This document shows, in pieces, positions 41,501 through 56,700 of a DNA stretch of 64,000 nucleotides (the first letter of the stretch is position 1; each line of letters starts with the position of its first letter). A program made the translations under genes and the position numbers. This stretch comes from the human T2T-CHM13v2.0 reference genome, Homo sapiens, in the NCBI RefSeq assembly GCF_009914755.1, contig NC_060940.1; one strand, written 5' to 3'. The notes beneath the pieces were generated by a model. The model was not told the origin of the DNA and did no database searches. It worked only from the letters and a program-made list of their open reading frames with translations.

Positions 41501-41784
41501 GCTGCCTCTGGGAGAAGCTTGAGCACACCAGAGAATTAGGCAAGGGCCTCTTCGTCTGGGGACCGGGGGGATCAGAGGTGGGTGATTTCCTGGACAGTGT
41601 GGCCAGAGAGGGAAGGTGAAACAGCAGAAGACCCCCCCATTCTAACAGCCCCCCGGGGGTCAGATTTGGGATGAGGGCCATCAACAGCCCTGGCCTTTCG
41701 TTTTTAAGTTGTTAGTGTTTGCAGTGATTCTTTCCCGCTCCATGAGGCAACATGGTACAAATTACACCAGGAGAAGCGGGTCCA

Positions 41785-41968
41785 GAGCTGCTGTCCGCAG
41801 ACCTTTCTGTCATGCTGGGAAGTATCCATGTCTGCAGCGTCCCGTGTGCTACCAATGAGCTACCCACAGCCTGGGCAACGCAGGAATGGAATTTTAATTT
41901 TATTTCATGTTAATTAGCTTAACTTTGAATTGAAATCATCACCTGTGGCTATTCTACTGGACAGCTCA
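41785..41968. mobile_element. MER3-like
   Basis: gagctgctgtcc...ggaattttaattttatttcatgttaatt...ctgtggctattctactggacagc. Confidence 0.65.
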
Positions 41969-42442
41969 GGTCTGGAGTCAGAGACCCTCTCCCTGCCCCC
42001 AGCCAGCCCCTCCCCATCCTGGATGGGCTGTTGAGCCGGGCCGGTGAGAATTTTCTGAGCAACGTCCCTGCCACCAAGATGCAAGAGGCTAGTGGCCCCT
42101 GCCTGTCAGTGGGCACTGGGGGCTGGGGGGCTGCCTAGAAACCAGGTGGTACATGGCTCCAGCACCATCTGCCTCTGCAGTTCTCAGAACCGCTGCAGAA
42201 GCTCTCAAGCAGAGACAGGCAGTGGCATATCGCCCTTCCAAGGAGCAGGGACTGTGCAGCCATCGGACCCAGACACACAGCCAGTGCCCACCCCGCAGCG
42301 CCTGCCCCACAGCCCCCGCCCCATAGCACCCACCCCACAAGCCGTGCTTCATTCGTGAAGTTGCTACGCGGCCCGCGCCTCCTTCACAAGAGGATGGGCT
42401 CTTCCCAGCTGAACCCCCAGTGTGGTGACTCAGACCCCGTCT

Positions 42443-42865
42443 GAACTGGGGTGAATATTGCGTCCCCTCAAACGTCATGTCTGCCCAGAACCTCAGAACG
42501 TGACCCTATTTGGAAATTGGGTTTTTGCAGATGTCATCGAGTTGAGATGAGGTCACATGGGACTAGGGTGGGCCCTAAATCCAATCTGATTGGTAGTTTT
42601 TAGGAGAAGAGGAGAGACGGGCAGGAAAGGCCACGTGAAGACAGGCGAGAGTGTAGCCGTGGCAGCCACAGCCACGCAGCGCCCACACCCACCGGGAGTG
42701 GGAATGAGGCAGGAAGGACCTACCTCCTTTAGAGCCTTCTGTGGGGGCACAGCCCTGCCCACCCCTGGATTTCAGACTTCTGGGCTTCAGAACTGAGAGA
42801 GAAGAAAGATCTGTGACTTTATGCTATTTGCAGTCCTGTGTTATGGTGGGCCCTGGAGACATACA
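42443..42865 (+). mobile_element. MLT1 LTR
   Basis: gaacgtgaccctatttggaaattgggtttttgcagatgt...agggtgggccctaaatccaat...gccacgtgaagaca...ggatttcagacttctgg. Confidence 0.88.
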
Positions 42866-43469
42866 GGTGGGGGTGGTGGCAGATACCTGCCTTGGCCTGC
42901 TGGCTGCTGCTCCAGCCTCCCTTGCGCTAGATGTTGAGAGGCTGAGGGGCCCAGGAGCACCTCATGTTTTCTGTGTTCCCTGGAGGAGACAACGTTCTAC
43001 AAATCAACAAGAGCTGCTAGGTGCTCATGTGGGCAGGTGGGGCCTTCACGGATGCCAGGAGCTGGGACCCGTCTATCCCTGATTCTGCTGCCCTGGGGCA
43101 CACCCCTGGGCCTTCGTCTCCTCATGTGTAAAAGGGGCAGCAGGGTAGAGCAGGTGATGTCCGCAGAAGCGCCCATTCCTGCACCCCCTTCAGAGGTCTA
43201 GATCCTCAACTTGACCTCCCAGGCCCAGGGCATCGTAGCCAGAAGGAATGATGATGTAGGAGGCTGTCACCATGGTCCGCCTGCCTGGCTCCCAGGCCAG
43301 CCCCTCGCTCGCTAGCTCCTGCTGCTCCTGAGGAGGTGCCCGGTCACCGCAGAGAGGCACCCCGAGTGGAGGCGGCCACACCGCGAGTGGATGCTGTGGC
43401 TGCCCCGACTTTGATCCCAGGGCGGGAACGGAGAGCACTGTGACTCCAGCCCTGGCTCGGAGCACCATG

Positions 43470-43715
43470 TCGGTCAATAGAAGAGGAAGGCTTTGTGCAG
43501 CAGTAGCGTGGGGCCTGCCGGGCAATTGATTTAAATCATTTTATAGAGAACCTATGTAAAATAAAAAGCCTTTAATCACATTTGTATCCATTTCCAGGCT
43601 CAGTAAATCAATTTGAATTGAGCTGGGTGCCACGGTTACAGCTGATTAGCGTGTGTATGTATGGTCAAATTAATGCCGGCCAAGTCTGCTGGATGGGGGC
43701 ATAGCCATTAGCGGC
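43470..43715. promoter_or_regulatory. Candidate conserved enhancer
   Basis: AT-rich unique island with the TGATTTAAATCA palindrome, TGATTTAC on the - strand and several TAAT motifs. Confidence 0.5.
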
Positions 43716-45194
43716 CCCGGGAGCCTCCCCAACGCGGGGCTGGACTCCACACCCCGATCTCTCCCCCTGCCTCTGGCCGCCAGGGTACCCCAAAGCCCTC
43801 CTTGAGGTAGGTCCTGCAGGCGCCGGGGGAGGGGTACAGCTGGGCCCCCCAAGCCCTGTCGCAGGGGGCGGCACCAGAGCAGATGGAAAGAGCTTTTGAG
43901 CCTTCTCAGCTGCAGGTCAGCCCGGAGCCGCTAGTAGGCACTGTTGTGTTCACGCAGCATCAGGCCTCAATTCAGGCCTCTGGGTGCCACCTGGGGCCAC
44001 GAGAAGGGACCCAGGATCAATCTGTTTCTTCACCCAATGTTCACTGAGCACCTACCAGCACCTGGGGTGCCCTGGAGCCACGAGGAACAGTCCCTGCCCT
44101 TGGAGACAGACAGGAAGCTCCCTACAGGAACAGGAGAGGTGGGGTGTTGGAAGATGCAGGGTATTCTGGGGGGCTGGGTGGTGGCTTTAGAAGAGAGTGG
44201 GTTGGGAGGGGCTTTATGAGAAGGTGATATGTGCCAGATGACTTGGGGGGCCAGGGTGTGAGCCCAGAAGCTGCCCTCTGGCAGGGGTGCTGGGGCGCAG
44301 GGAGGCCTGGCCTGTGGGCAAGGAGGGCGAGACGGCTGTGTGGCAGCTGGAAGGAGCTTGGGCTCAGGCGGGGTCATGGCCCGCCTGAGGAGTCAGACAT
44401 GATGGTGGAGGAGGTGAGAAAAGTGGCCGAGCCTGGTCTCCTTTCAGGAAGGGGCAGCTGGTACCCCGAGTCCTCCTGGGAGCCTGAAAGCCAGGTCTCA
44501 GCGCCACAGTCTGATGAGGAGAGGGGCAGAGTGGGGGTGACACTGGGCCTGGCTGGATGCAGCCTGGAGGGTGCCCCTTTCTTGGGAGACACAGCGCCCC
44601 TTGCGAGGTCAGCCAGGGGGTGGCTGTGGCCTGTGTTGACACCACATGGCTCCATTCATGTGGACAGGAGGTGCCTTCTGTCTGCCTGTCCCTGTCCCCG
44701 CCTGGTGCTCTGAGCACCCTGTGGGCTGGGGCATCTTTCTGCTTACCTGGGCACCACCACCACCACCGAGGTGCTGGGAAGCTGACCCCTGGACACGGGC
44801 AGCCAGGCCTGGAGAGCTGGCTACCACTGGACACGCCCGCCCCTCCGAGGCAGCGGGTGCCAGACAGGCTTGGCCGGAGCCTCCGGTTGACTTGCTTTTC
44901 CTGCTTGTCAGAACCAGCTTTTTGGCGGGGACACAGGGACCTTGATGGTGAGCGTGTTTGATCTATAAATAGACTAGAGGCTGCCGGAGGCTGCACTGGC
45001 TGGGAGCCGCCCCCGTCGGCCTGTGCTGAGGTTTCTGGGGTTCCATCTCTAGCAGTTCGGGGACTCAGATTCTGTCCCCGCCAGCAGGCCCCATCCCTGT
45101 TTGAGTCCCCCTCTCAAATCGAATCCCCTCCCCCTTGCTGCACGCTACTTTCTTAGGAATTCTTTCCCTGGAATTCCAGCAATGATGGCAACAG

Positions 45195-45445
45195 CAGTAA
45201 ATGCTTACCTGGTGCTTACGAAATACCAGCCCCTGTTCTGAGGGCCTCACCCACGTTCACTTGTTTAATATCCACAAGAGTTCAATGAGGGGAGGTACTT
45301 TCATATCACCACTTTACAGATGGACGACTAGGGCCCAGAGAGGCCGAACAGCTTGTCTGAGGCTCCACAGCTCCGAAGTGGCAGAGGTTGGATTTCAACA
45401 CAGGTAGTTTCCAGATTCAGCGCCCTTAAGTAACCACACTGCCTA
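45195..45445 (-). mobile_element. MIR
   Basis: tttacagatggacgactagggcccagagagg...gtggcagaggttggatttcaa. Confidence 0.7.
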
Positions 45446-45957
45446 CCAGAGATGACACAGTCAGGCCTCTTCCCTCCCAGAGGGAGCCGTCCCTCTGGGA
45501 GGCTCATGACCTCACGGTGCCTTTCTGTTCCTTCCTGAGTTTGCCTGGAGTGGTGCTGGGCTCAGATCACACATGTTCATCCTAGGAGTATTTGCTGAGC
45601 ATCTGCTATGAGCCTGGAGCAGGTGACAGAGCAGGGACAGAGGTAGACACCCCTGCCCTGGAGGAGCTTATCGTCTCTGTGTGTGTTGGGGTTGGCGATA
45701 CACGTCCTGAGAGTATGTGATCGGTCTGTGGGAATGCGCACTAAAAGAGCTCAGAGCTAGTGCAGGGTATGGAGCCACACGGCTGGTGCCAGTGGGGGAC
45801 AGCGGAGGCTGGTGGGGGGATGTTGGAGCAGAGGCCTGGAGGAAGGGAGCTGGTGAGCCCTGTGTTCTCCAGGGAGGGGCGATGCAGAGGCCCCAGGCAG
45901 AACTTTGCTGTGGCAAATTCCCATTGCACCTGGCTTGAGGTTTAAGACTCTGTATTA

Positions 45958-46830
<873 letters not shown>

Positions 46831-46832
46831 CA

Positions 46833-47520
46833 GTGTATTCGTTCCCTAAAGCTGCCATTAAGAACTTACCCCGAACAGAGGGGCTTATAACAACAGAAGC
46901 ATATTCTCTCCCAGTTCTGGAGGCCACAAGTCTGAAGTCAAGGCATCAGCAGGGCCGTGCTCCCTGTGCAGGCTCTAGGGGAATAGTTTCCCTGCGCCTC
47001 CCAACTTCTGGTGGCTTCTGGTGGCTCCTGGTGACCTTTGGCTTGTGGCCGCTTCACTACAGTCTCTTCCTCTGGCTTTGAGTGTCTTCTTGTAAGGACC
47101 CCAGTCATGTTGGACTTGGGGCCCACCCTATTCCAAAATGACCTTATCCTTAGTAACTAATAACATCTGCAAAGATCCCATTTCCAAATAAGGTCACCTT
47201 TTTTTTTTTTTTTTCCAAGACAGGGTCTCACTCTGTTGCCCAGGCTGGAGTTCAGTGGTGCAATCCCAGCTCACTGCAGCCTCCACTTCCAGGCATGCCC
47301 CACCACGCCCAGCTAATTTTTTGTATTTTTGTAGAGATAGGGTTTTGCCATGTTGCCCAAACTGGTCTCAAACTCCTGGACTCAAGCAATCCTCCCTCCT
47401 TGGCCTCCCAAAGTGCTGGGACTGCAGGTATGAGCAACTACACCTGGCCCCAAATAAGGTCACATTCTGAGATTCTGGGTGGATATAAATTTGGGGGGAA
47501 CTCTATTAAATCTAGTGCAG
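46833..47520 (-). mobile_element. MLT1 LTR interrupted by an Alu (47198-47449, -)
   Basis: MLT1 motifs on both sides; Alu TSD ccaaataaggtcac at 47184-47197 and 47450-47463. Confidence 0.88.
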
Positions 47521-48173
47521 ACTCAGGAGCTAGAAGGGGCTTTACAGCTCACCAAGTGTGACCCCCTGTTCTTCTGATGAGGAAGCCAAGCCCAGAAGGG
47601 CGAGGTGCCTCTGTGGCAGCCCCCACACAGAAAGGAGGTGCCGGGCCCTGTCCCCTGCCTCTGCCGGTGCAGGCTTTCTGCATCGGACCCTGCTGCTTGG
47701 AAACAGGTGGGCTGTGGAGAGGTCAACCACTGGGCACAGGGGCAGAGCCCTGCTGGGTCCGGCCCGGCCCAGGAGTTTCTAGGTCAGGCTGGTAGCCTTC
47801 CTATGGGCTATGATCATGCTGGGCTGTTTCCAGCACTAAATTATTTAACGTGTGGTTATTCTAGTGTTCTTTGTCCTTCGGGAGGAGGGGAGAAAGGGAG
47901 AGAAAAGCTCAGGATGGCTGGGCCTGTTCCCCGAAAGCCAAGGTTGGGGTCCCTGAAAATACTGACCCCAAGTCAAGCTAGTTTGGAAGACCCTGCCCGT
48001 AATGTTTTCTGAGGCAAAGGGTGGTGTGGGGGCGAGGAGGGAGCACTGGAGTGGGAGTCCCGGCCTGTGGTTCGGTAGCGGCAGCGTGAGCCCTGCTAGG
48101 TTGCTCAGGACACCGACAAAGGCCGATACTGTCTTGCTGGGTTTGAAGCTCAGATGAGAACATGCTGGGAACA

Positions 48174-48175
48174 TT

Positions 48176-48218
<43 letters not shown>

Positions 48219-48542
48219 TTTGTGTATTTATTTATTCATTTATGTTTTATTTTATTTGAGACAGAGTCTTACTCTGTCGGGCCCAGGCTGGGGTGCAGTG
48301 GTGGGATCTCAGCTCCCTGCAGCCTCTACCTCCAGGGTTCAAGCAATTCTTACGCCTCTCAATAAGCTGGGATTACAGGTGCGCACTACCACGTCTAGCT
48401 AATTTTTTAAAAAAAATTTTTAGTAGAGATGGGGTTTCACTGTGTTGGCCAGGCTGGTCTCAAAACTCCTGGCCTCAGGTGATCTGCCCACCTTGGCCTC
48501 CCAAAGTGCTGGGATTACAGGCATGAGCCACTACGCCCAGCC
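48174..48542 (-). mobile_element. Alu with (TTTA)n tail
   Basis: TSD catgctggg(a/g)acatttt. Confidence 0.93.
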
Positions 48543-49166
48543 ATGCTGGGGACATTTTAAACCCCTGCCAGGGCAGTTAAGGCCTAATCAAGGCCTCCAG
48601 GAGGCTGGAGGTGGGGAGGCTGAGTTTGAGGCCTGCCAGAGCAGCTTGTCCTGATAGAAAGGATGCCAGAGCCTGGAGACCTGGGGTGATTCATCGAGCA
48701 TCCCTCGGTCTCAGACTCCTCATTTGTCAAAAGCCGCGGGGGGACCTGCCTCAGAGCGTCACAGGGAACCTCGGGAATCGATTGTTCTGCAAGCCAGAGC
48801 TGGATCCCGGGTGCAGAATCCATCCGAGCACTCTGTATGGGGGCACAGCTCGGAGCAGGGTCTCCGGCTTCATTTCCCCAGGGCCCGAGCCTGCGGTGAC
48901 AGTGACTTGACCTCGCTCCCCAGAGGTGAGAGGTGCCCACTTTGCAGCCAATGGCAATTCCCAGAACCATCCATCTCCCGCCACCCCGTGCCTCCAAGGC
49001 CGTCGTCAGGGATGAGCGATGGGCCGCCCCTCGCGGGCCCGACCGGGATGGTTACAACAGGTTTATGCTGCGTGAGCGATGGCGTTTGCATGGCTGACGC
49101 CGAGCACCGCTGGGACCCAACAGTGTTGAAAACGAGATTCACAGAGAGCAGAGCGATAAGCACTGA

Positions 49167-49946
<780 letters not shown>

Positions 49947-51017
49947 TGATCTGGGCCTTTCTGGTCCCACTGAAGCTGCTGGGTCTCCTGAAGGCGGAGT
50001 GGGTGGGCGCACCTCTGGTGTTAGACCTCCTTCTCTGCCTCCTGCGTTTTACATTGGGACTCTCGTGGCAGCAGGGATTCCCAGATCCTACCACATGTGG
50101 GACCTGGAGTGAGAGGCTTCAGCCCTGTGCCTCAGTTTCCTCATCTATAGAATGGGGCTGTAGAGCCCTCCAGGGGCCCACGGGATGGTTGGGATAGACA
50201 AGGTCGTGTGCGTGAATTCTTCAGCCCAGTGCCCAGCACAGGGTCACGGTTCCCTGAGAGGCACCCCGCTCTTATTTTTAGTTATTCTTTCTAATGGGAA
50301 CCTATTTTTCTCCTAACTGCCATCTCACAGCAAACTGCTGAAAGGGACCAGGCCTCCTATGTCTGTGCAGCAGTATGGTGTGGCGTGAACTTACACCTTT
50401 GTCACATCTACAAAGACCCCATCTCTACATAATGTCCTATGCATGGTCCTGGGATGGGGACATGGACACAACTTCTTGGGGGACACAACCAGCACTTTCT
50501 TCGAGGTCTGGGACTGGGGAACCCGGGGTGGGGCAGACTGCTTTTCTGCACCCCTGGCCCACAGCCAGCACCATCTCAGCACCTGACGTGGCAACTCTGT
50601 TAGTCCCCACAGCCTCCCTGGGAGGGTGGCGCTCTTGTTATCCCCTTTTTACAGATGGGAAACCAAAGCCTGGGGAGCTGACATCGCTTTTACCAGAAGT
50701 CTGACAGCTGGGAGGTGGGGGAGCGGGCGACGAGGGACCCCACGCCCTGACCACCGTGCCTGTGTGCTCCGCAGGAGCACCACACCTCAGTGGGGTGGGG
50801 GTGGGGTGGGTGCCTGGATCTGGCCCCAGAGGGGTGTGTGGGCAGGGCCGTGCTGGCTGATGAAGGAGAGTGGAGCTGGCGGGAGGAGGGAAGCACAGTG
50901 CACACTCCCCCGTTTGTTCTGCAGGCTGCGATTCCTCTCCTGGGATCCTCCCAGCCTGTGCCCATCCTTCCACGGCACTGAACTGCTGGGGTGTCCTCAG
51001 TGAGTCCCCTTCCCCAC

Positions 51018-51437
51018 CAACACACATGCATAGATGGCTACACAGATATACACATGCATATACATCCAGACACACAGACACACACGGACACACAGATACC
51101 CACACATACAGATGAACATATACACACATAGACATGTACACACATGCACATACATCCAGACACACAGACACACACGGACACACAGATACCCATGCATACG
51201 GATGTGCATATACATGCATAGATGTGTACACACATGCATACAGACACACAAACATACACAGAGATACATGCATGTACACAGACATCCATGCATATAGACT
51301 CACACATACACCCCCATGCATACCTTACATATATATAAACACATGTGTATATATGTACATACCACACACATCCACACATGCGCACCTACAACCTAGACAC
51401 CCCCCACACTCACACGTGTATGCACACGACAGCACAC
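51018..51437. repeat. Degenerate (CA/TA)n simple repeat with an internal duplication
   Basis: Alternating purine-pyrimidine tract; catatacatccagacacacagacacacacggacacacagataccca recurs about 92 bp apart. Confidence 0.9.
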
Positions 51438-51898
51438 AGTGGTGGCTGTGACCGCAGGGGAGAGGTCTGGGGTTCCCCAGGGCCTGGGAGCTTTCACCTT
51501 CTTCGGCTTGGGCAGTGGTGCAGCTGGCCAGGGGTGGCACAGGCAGGCCTCACTTGGGCTCCAGTTGAAGGAACAGCTGTCTGGCCCAGCCACCCTTCCC
51601 CCTGCAGAGTGGCAGGGCCATTGTGGTTAGAGCAACTTGCACCTGGCCTGGGCTGACAGGCCGTGAGCGGCATTGCACAGACCGGGGAGAGAAGATGCCA
51701 GCTCCAGCAATTGGAAGCTTGATGCCAGAGTGGGGAGAAGGGCAGGGCTAGGGCCACCATGGGACCTGCATTTGGTGGAAGGCAGGGCTTTTTCCAGGAG
51801 GAGTTGAGGCCAGATGGGAAGTGCAGAGGAGTGAGACTGCAGGTTCTGAGCAGGGGAGGAAGCCCCTTGGTATCCCCTGAGTATGAGTAGGACTCTAG

Positions 51899-52338
<440 letters not shown>

Positions 52339-52349
52339 AGAAAGTCGTC

Positions 52350-52850
52350 TTTAAGAATGCACCTCAGTGTGAATGTACTTAATATCCCAGAACTGTGCAC
52401 TTAGAAATGGCAAAGATGGCAAATTTTATGTGCATTTTACTGCAATTAAAAATAATTTTTAAAAATTTACATAAAAGGTAAAATTTCAACCCACCCTCCA
52501 GTACCATTTTATACCTGCTAGGTCAGCCCCCAAACATAAAAAGATAACATATGTTGCTGGCACAGTTGTGGTGAAATGGACAGACTGTTACAGCCCAAGC
52601 ATCACGTACATGGGAAAAACCTTTTTGGAAAAGCAAAAAGGCAAAAGTGGAAGCAAGACCCATGGAGACGTTTCTTCATTTGGATTCCAGAAATCCCATG
52701 CTGGGGAATTTATTGTAAGAAAGCAAGTCATAGCAAACAGACACACAAGTGGGAGAATGCAGATGTTTGTTTCTGCAGTAAAATCATGAGACCACCCTAA
52801 ACACCCCACCACGGAGCAGTGGTGTTAGTACTGTGGAATATTAGGGCCCC
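52350..52850 (+). mobile_element. L1M fragments
   Basis: gtgaatgtacttaat...gaactgtgcacttagaaatgg...aaattttatgtg resembles an L1M 3' end, followed by a diverged ORF2/3'-like stretch. Confidence 0.65.
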
Positions 52851-53429
52851 CTCCATATCATCATCCCCAATATTGCAAGAGCTAGAAAATAACCGGCTGC
52901 CAGGTGCAGAGCGAGGCCCGCTCAGTCTGGAAAAGGTTTGTTCTTTTTTCTCCTCCTGTCATTCTGGGGAAGGGAAAAACAAATGGGAACGTGTTTTGTA
53001 GTTCACGTGGATTTCCTGCAAACCTCCAGAGAAGTGATAAACAGATCTTTGCATCCTGGTGCTGGCTAATTTGTTTTCAATAGGTTTCAATCAATTACGT
53101 GTGGTCTTGGGGAAGGGGAAGTGCACCAGTAATTGGCTAAAATAAATCACTAGGCACTTCAAAAGCAGCTCCCCACTGACATGTGCACAGCCCAGCCTTC
53201 GATTCCTAATAAACAGGCGCATTTGTCCCCCAGCCCCTGGGTCCCCGATCTCCATGGGAACTGCGCACCAAGGGTCTGGGAGGAGAGGCACGTCGTGGCA
53301 GTGATGGATTTGGGCACGCTGCAGAGGGCACCCGAGTGGGGTGTGCCAGGGCATCGGCCAGCCGCTCTGCTCTGCCCCTCTTCTCCATGTCACCCTTCCT
53401 CCTCCATTTCACCCCCTCCCCCCATCAGT

Positions 53430-54472
53430 GTCCCATGGCTGCAGACACAAAGTACCAAAACCGGGGGATGGAGAGGGGGCTTGAAACAACAGAAATGTAT
53501 TCTCTTATGTCATAAAGGCCCGAAGTCCCAGATCGAGGTGTCTGCAGAGCCATGCTCCCTCTAAAGGCCCCAAGGGAGGATCCTTCTTCGCCCCTTCCAG
53601 CTTCCTCACAGTCTCTGCCTCTGTCAGCACGTGGCTGTCTTCCGTGTGTGTGTCTGAGTCCCTTTTCCTCTTCTGCTAGAGACTCCAGTCTTGGGATTAA
53701 AGGCCCACCCTACTCCAGTATGGCCTGTTCTGTTTTTTTTTTTTTTTTTTTTTTTTTTTGAGACGGAGTCTCACTCTGTTGCCCAGGCTGGAGTGGCACG
53801 ATCTCGGCTCACTGCAAGCTCCGCCTCCCGGGTGCACACCATTCTCCTGCCTCAGCCTCCCGAGCAGTTGGGACTACAGGCGCCCCCCACCACGCCCGGC
53901 TAATTTTTTGTACTTTTTTAGTAGAGACGGGCTTTCACCGTGTTAGCCAGGATAGTCTCAATCTCCTGACCTTGTGATCCGCCTGCCTCGGCCTCCCAAA
54001 GTGCTGGGATTACAGGCGTGAGCCACCGCACCCAGCCAAGTATGGCCTCTTCTTAACTAATATCTGCAAAGATCCTGTTTCCAAATAAGGTCACATACAC
54101 GGTTCTGGGATTAGGACTTCACCTTTTTTTTTTTTTTTTTTTTTAGGGGATGGAGTCTTACTGTGTTGCCCAGGCTGGAGTGTAGTGATGCAAATCATAG
54201 CTCACTGCAGCTTCAACTCCTGGGTTCAAGCGATCTCCCGCCTCAGCCTCCTAAATAGCTGAGACTACAGGCGTGTGCCACCATGCCCAGCTAATTTTTT
54301 AAAAATTTTTTGCAGAGACTAGGTTTCGCTATGTTGCCCAGGCTGGTCTTGAACCCCTGGCCTCGGCAACCCTCCCACCTCGGCCTCCCAAAGCGCTAGG
54401 ATTACAGGCGTGAGCCACTGTGCCTTGCCAAAACTTCAGCATATCTTTTGGAGGTACCAGTTCAGCCCACAA
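53430..54472 (-). mobile_element. MLT1 LTR interrupted by AluY-like (53733-54037) and AluJ-like (54124-54428) elements
   Basis: MLT1 motifs between the Alus (atctgcaaagatcctgtttccaaataaggtcaca); first Alu TSD agtatggcct(g/c)ttct. Confidence 0.88.
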
Positions 54473-56219
54473 CACCCCCTTTTGGGTGAGAACCGCTCGG
54501 GTCAGGCTGCTGCCCACAGAGGCTGCCCCTTGGCTGTGTGGCTTTAGAATGGGAACCCAGCCCCGACAGGGCCCTGCCTCCACCCCTCATTCTACAACAG
54601 TTGCAGACTGGATCTCCTTCACACGAGTAATTTTATTTCTGAATTTCCCTCAGGCCCTGGCAGAGCTGTCATCTAAGAATATTTTGTTGGGGGGCAGGGT
54701 TGGAGGGGCTGCTCTCCTCACAGGAGGCTCAGCCGGGGAGCCAGATGTCCACCAAGAGCTCTCTCTTGCAGGAAGATCCCGGGAGGAGGGGAGTGGGTGT
54801 CAGGGGCACTCGATGGGGGTCCGTGGGAAGGGACTGTGCTGGCTGCAGGCGCTGAGCCTGAGGGAAGGCAGCTGGAGGTTGGGTGAGATGGGATGGAACT
54901 GCCCAGCTGAGCTTGGGACAGCCAGGGGGACCATATGGGCTGCGTCCCGAGAGAGCCTTGGTGACACCTCGTGCGTGAGGTTGTAGGACCTAGGTGCGCA
55001 CAGTGGAGTTCGATCCTGGCAGCTTCCCCAGGAGATCAGCCTGTGCTGTGGGTAGCGCCGTGGGTAGCGCAGGTTCATGGCCCTGTGTGTGCCGCCCTGA
55101 GCACCGTCAGCTCATCTGCTCAGAAGGACAGCTCCCAGGAGGGAGGAAGCAGGACTCCTCCCATTTTACCAATGGGGAAACTGAGGCTCAGCAGGGAGCA
55201 GTCTGGTTCCAAAGTTCCCGCTATTACCGGTGAGTGAGATTCTGAGGGCAACCGGGCTTCTGGAACTCAGCCAGCGCTGGGCCAGGCCTGAGCCAAGGCC
55301 TCCACCTGGTGGTCCGAGTTCTTGGTCTGTGTCTGCCATGGTGGCTGCGAGGCCTCTGCTCTTGAGATCATGAGCTGAAAGAAGCTGGAGAAGGAACCCT
55401 ACAGGGTCAGAGGCAAGGCTACCGCCGACCTGCAGGGGAGCCTGGGGTCAAGTTCAAGGAGTGAGCTGGGCAGGGCCATCTTGGTGTCCGTGGAGCCGGG
55501 AAGGACTGCGTTTACTCTGGCTTGTCCAGGGATCCTCTGAAACTTGAACAAGATCAACCTGGACTGGAGAGCAGCAGTGGCCCTGGGGACCAGGAGCAAG
55601 CAGGGGGGTGAAAAAGAGCTGCCTGTTCCAGGAGGCCAGGGCTGGGTGCCCACGGAAGACAGAATGCGTGGCGGGAGGAGGATTATCGGAGGAGACAGAC
55701 AAGGTCCAGGGCTGGAGGGCGATGAGGGTAAGAAGGCTGGGAAAGGCCCCATGAGGAGACCACACTGAGCTTGTATTTGAGGAAAGACAGTGGCAGGAAA
55801 CCCTGTTGACATTGAGGGGTGCCCCGGGCAGAGGGCACGGCCAGTGCCAAGGCCCTGAGGTCTGAGCTCACCCAGACCATTGGTAGAACAGCAGGAGGCC
55901 AGAGTGGGTGGGAGCCACTGACGGGATTAAGTGAGACGCTGAAGCCAGGATTTCCATTCCCCGTGACTTTCTCCAGCATCCAGGGGTCACCACACGGGTG
56001 TCTCACGGAGGGTCAGCTGCCAAAATGACCTGGTGGAGAGGCAGCCCCCAGGAGGGAAGGGTGTGGGCAGGTGCAGTCCTTCCTGCCCTAACTCCCCAGC
56101 CTCCACCTGCCCTCAGCTGCCGCTCCTCCTCCTCCTCCTCACAAATCATGACCACCTAGTGAAGGACCTCGGCCTTGAGAGAACTCTGGGGCCTCTTGCT
56201 CTGAGCCAGGTCAGAGCCT

Positions 56220-56700
56220 CCACAAAATTACAGCTGTGAGACACGGCGAGGGGAGCGGGGCCTCTGGCCCTGCTGGTAATTACGGCCCACGGAGCTCTGA
56301 TTGCCGCAGTCCAATTAATTAAACACCGCAGCGACCCAAATTATGATCTCTTGCCTTGTACCAAGCAGTATTTTTAACCTTAACTGTCGGGGCTGAACTT
56401 AAATTTCCTATCTGGACAGAAGTGTCACCCGAGGGAGAAAAAGGCAGTGTCGAAGCAAACCTCGCCGATGACAGACCCTGTAATTAGAAACTGTAGTGTC
56501 CCCGAGACTGGTCTTTAAAACTGTCAGAAGCCAAGCGGCCGTCATTTGATACAAGACTATCATCACCCGTGAACCCATTAGCTGCAGGTAAATAACATAT
56601 TATGCCAGGGACGGAAAGCAGCCAGGCTGGGGAATTCGCCGGCGCTTAATTAGGACCGGCAGTGCGGAAGATAGATGGTCATCCTTTTTGCTCCCTTCAT
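56220..56700. promoter_or_regulatory. Candidate conserved developmental enhancer
   Basis: Repeat-free, lower GC than its flanks but retaining CpG, four TAATTA palindromes, FOX-like GTAAATAA, TGACAG. Motif-based inference only. Confidence 0.55.

Noticed and set aside
55298-55314. CTCF-like motif (gaccaccaggtggag on -), with similar partial matches near 2030, 6465 and 51995
   Set aside because: Each has core mismatches, and such matches are common by chance in GC-rich DNA without ChIP data.
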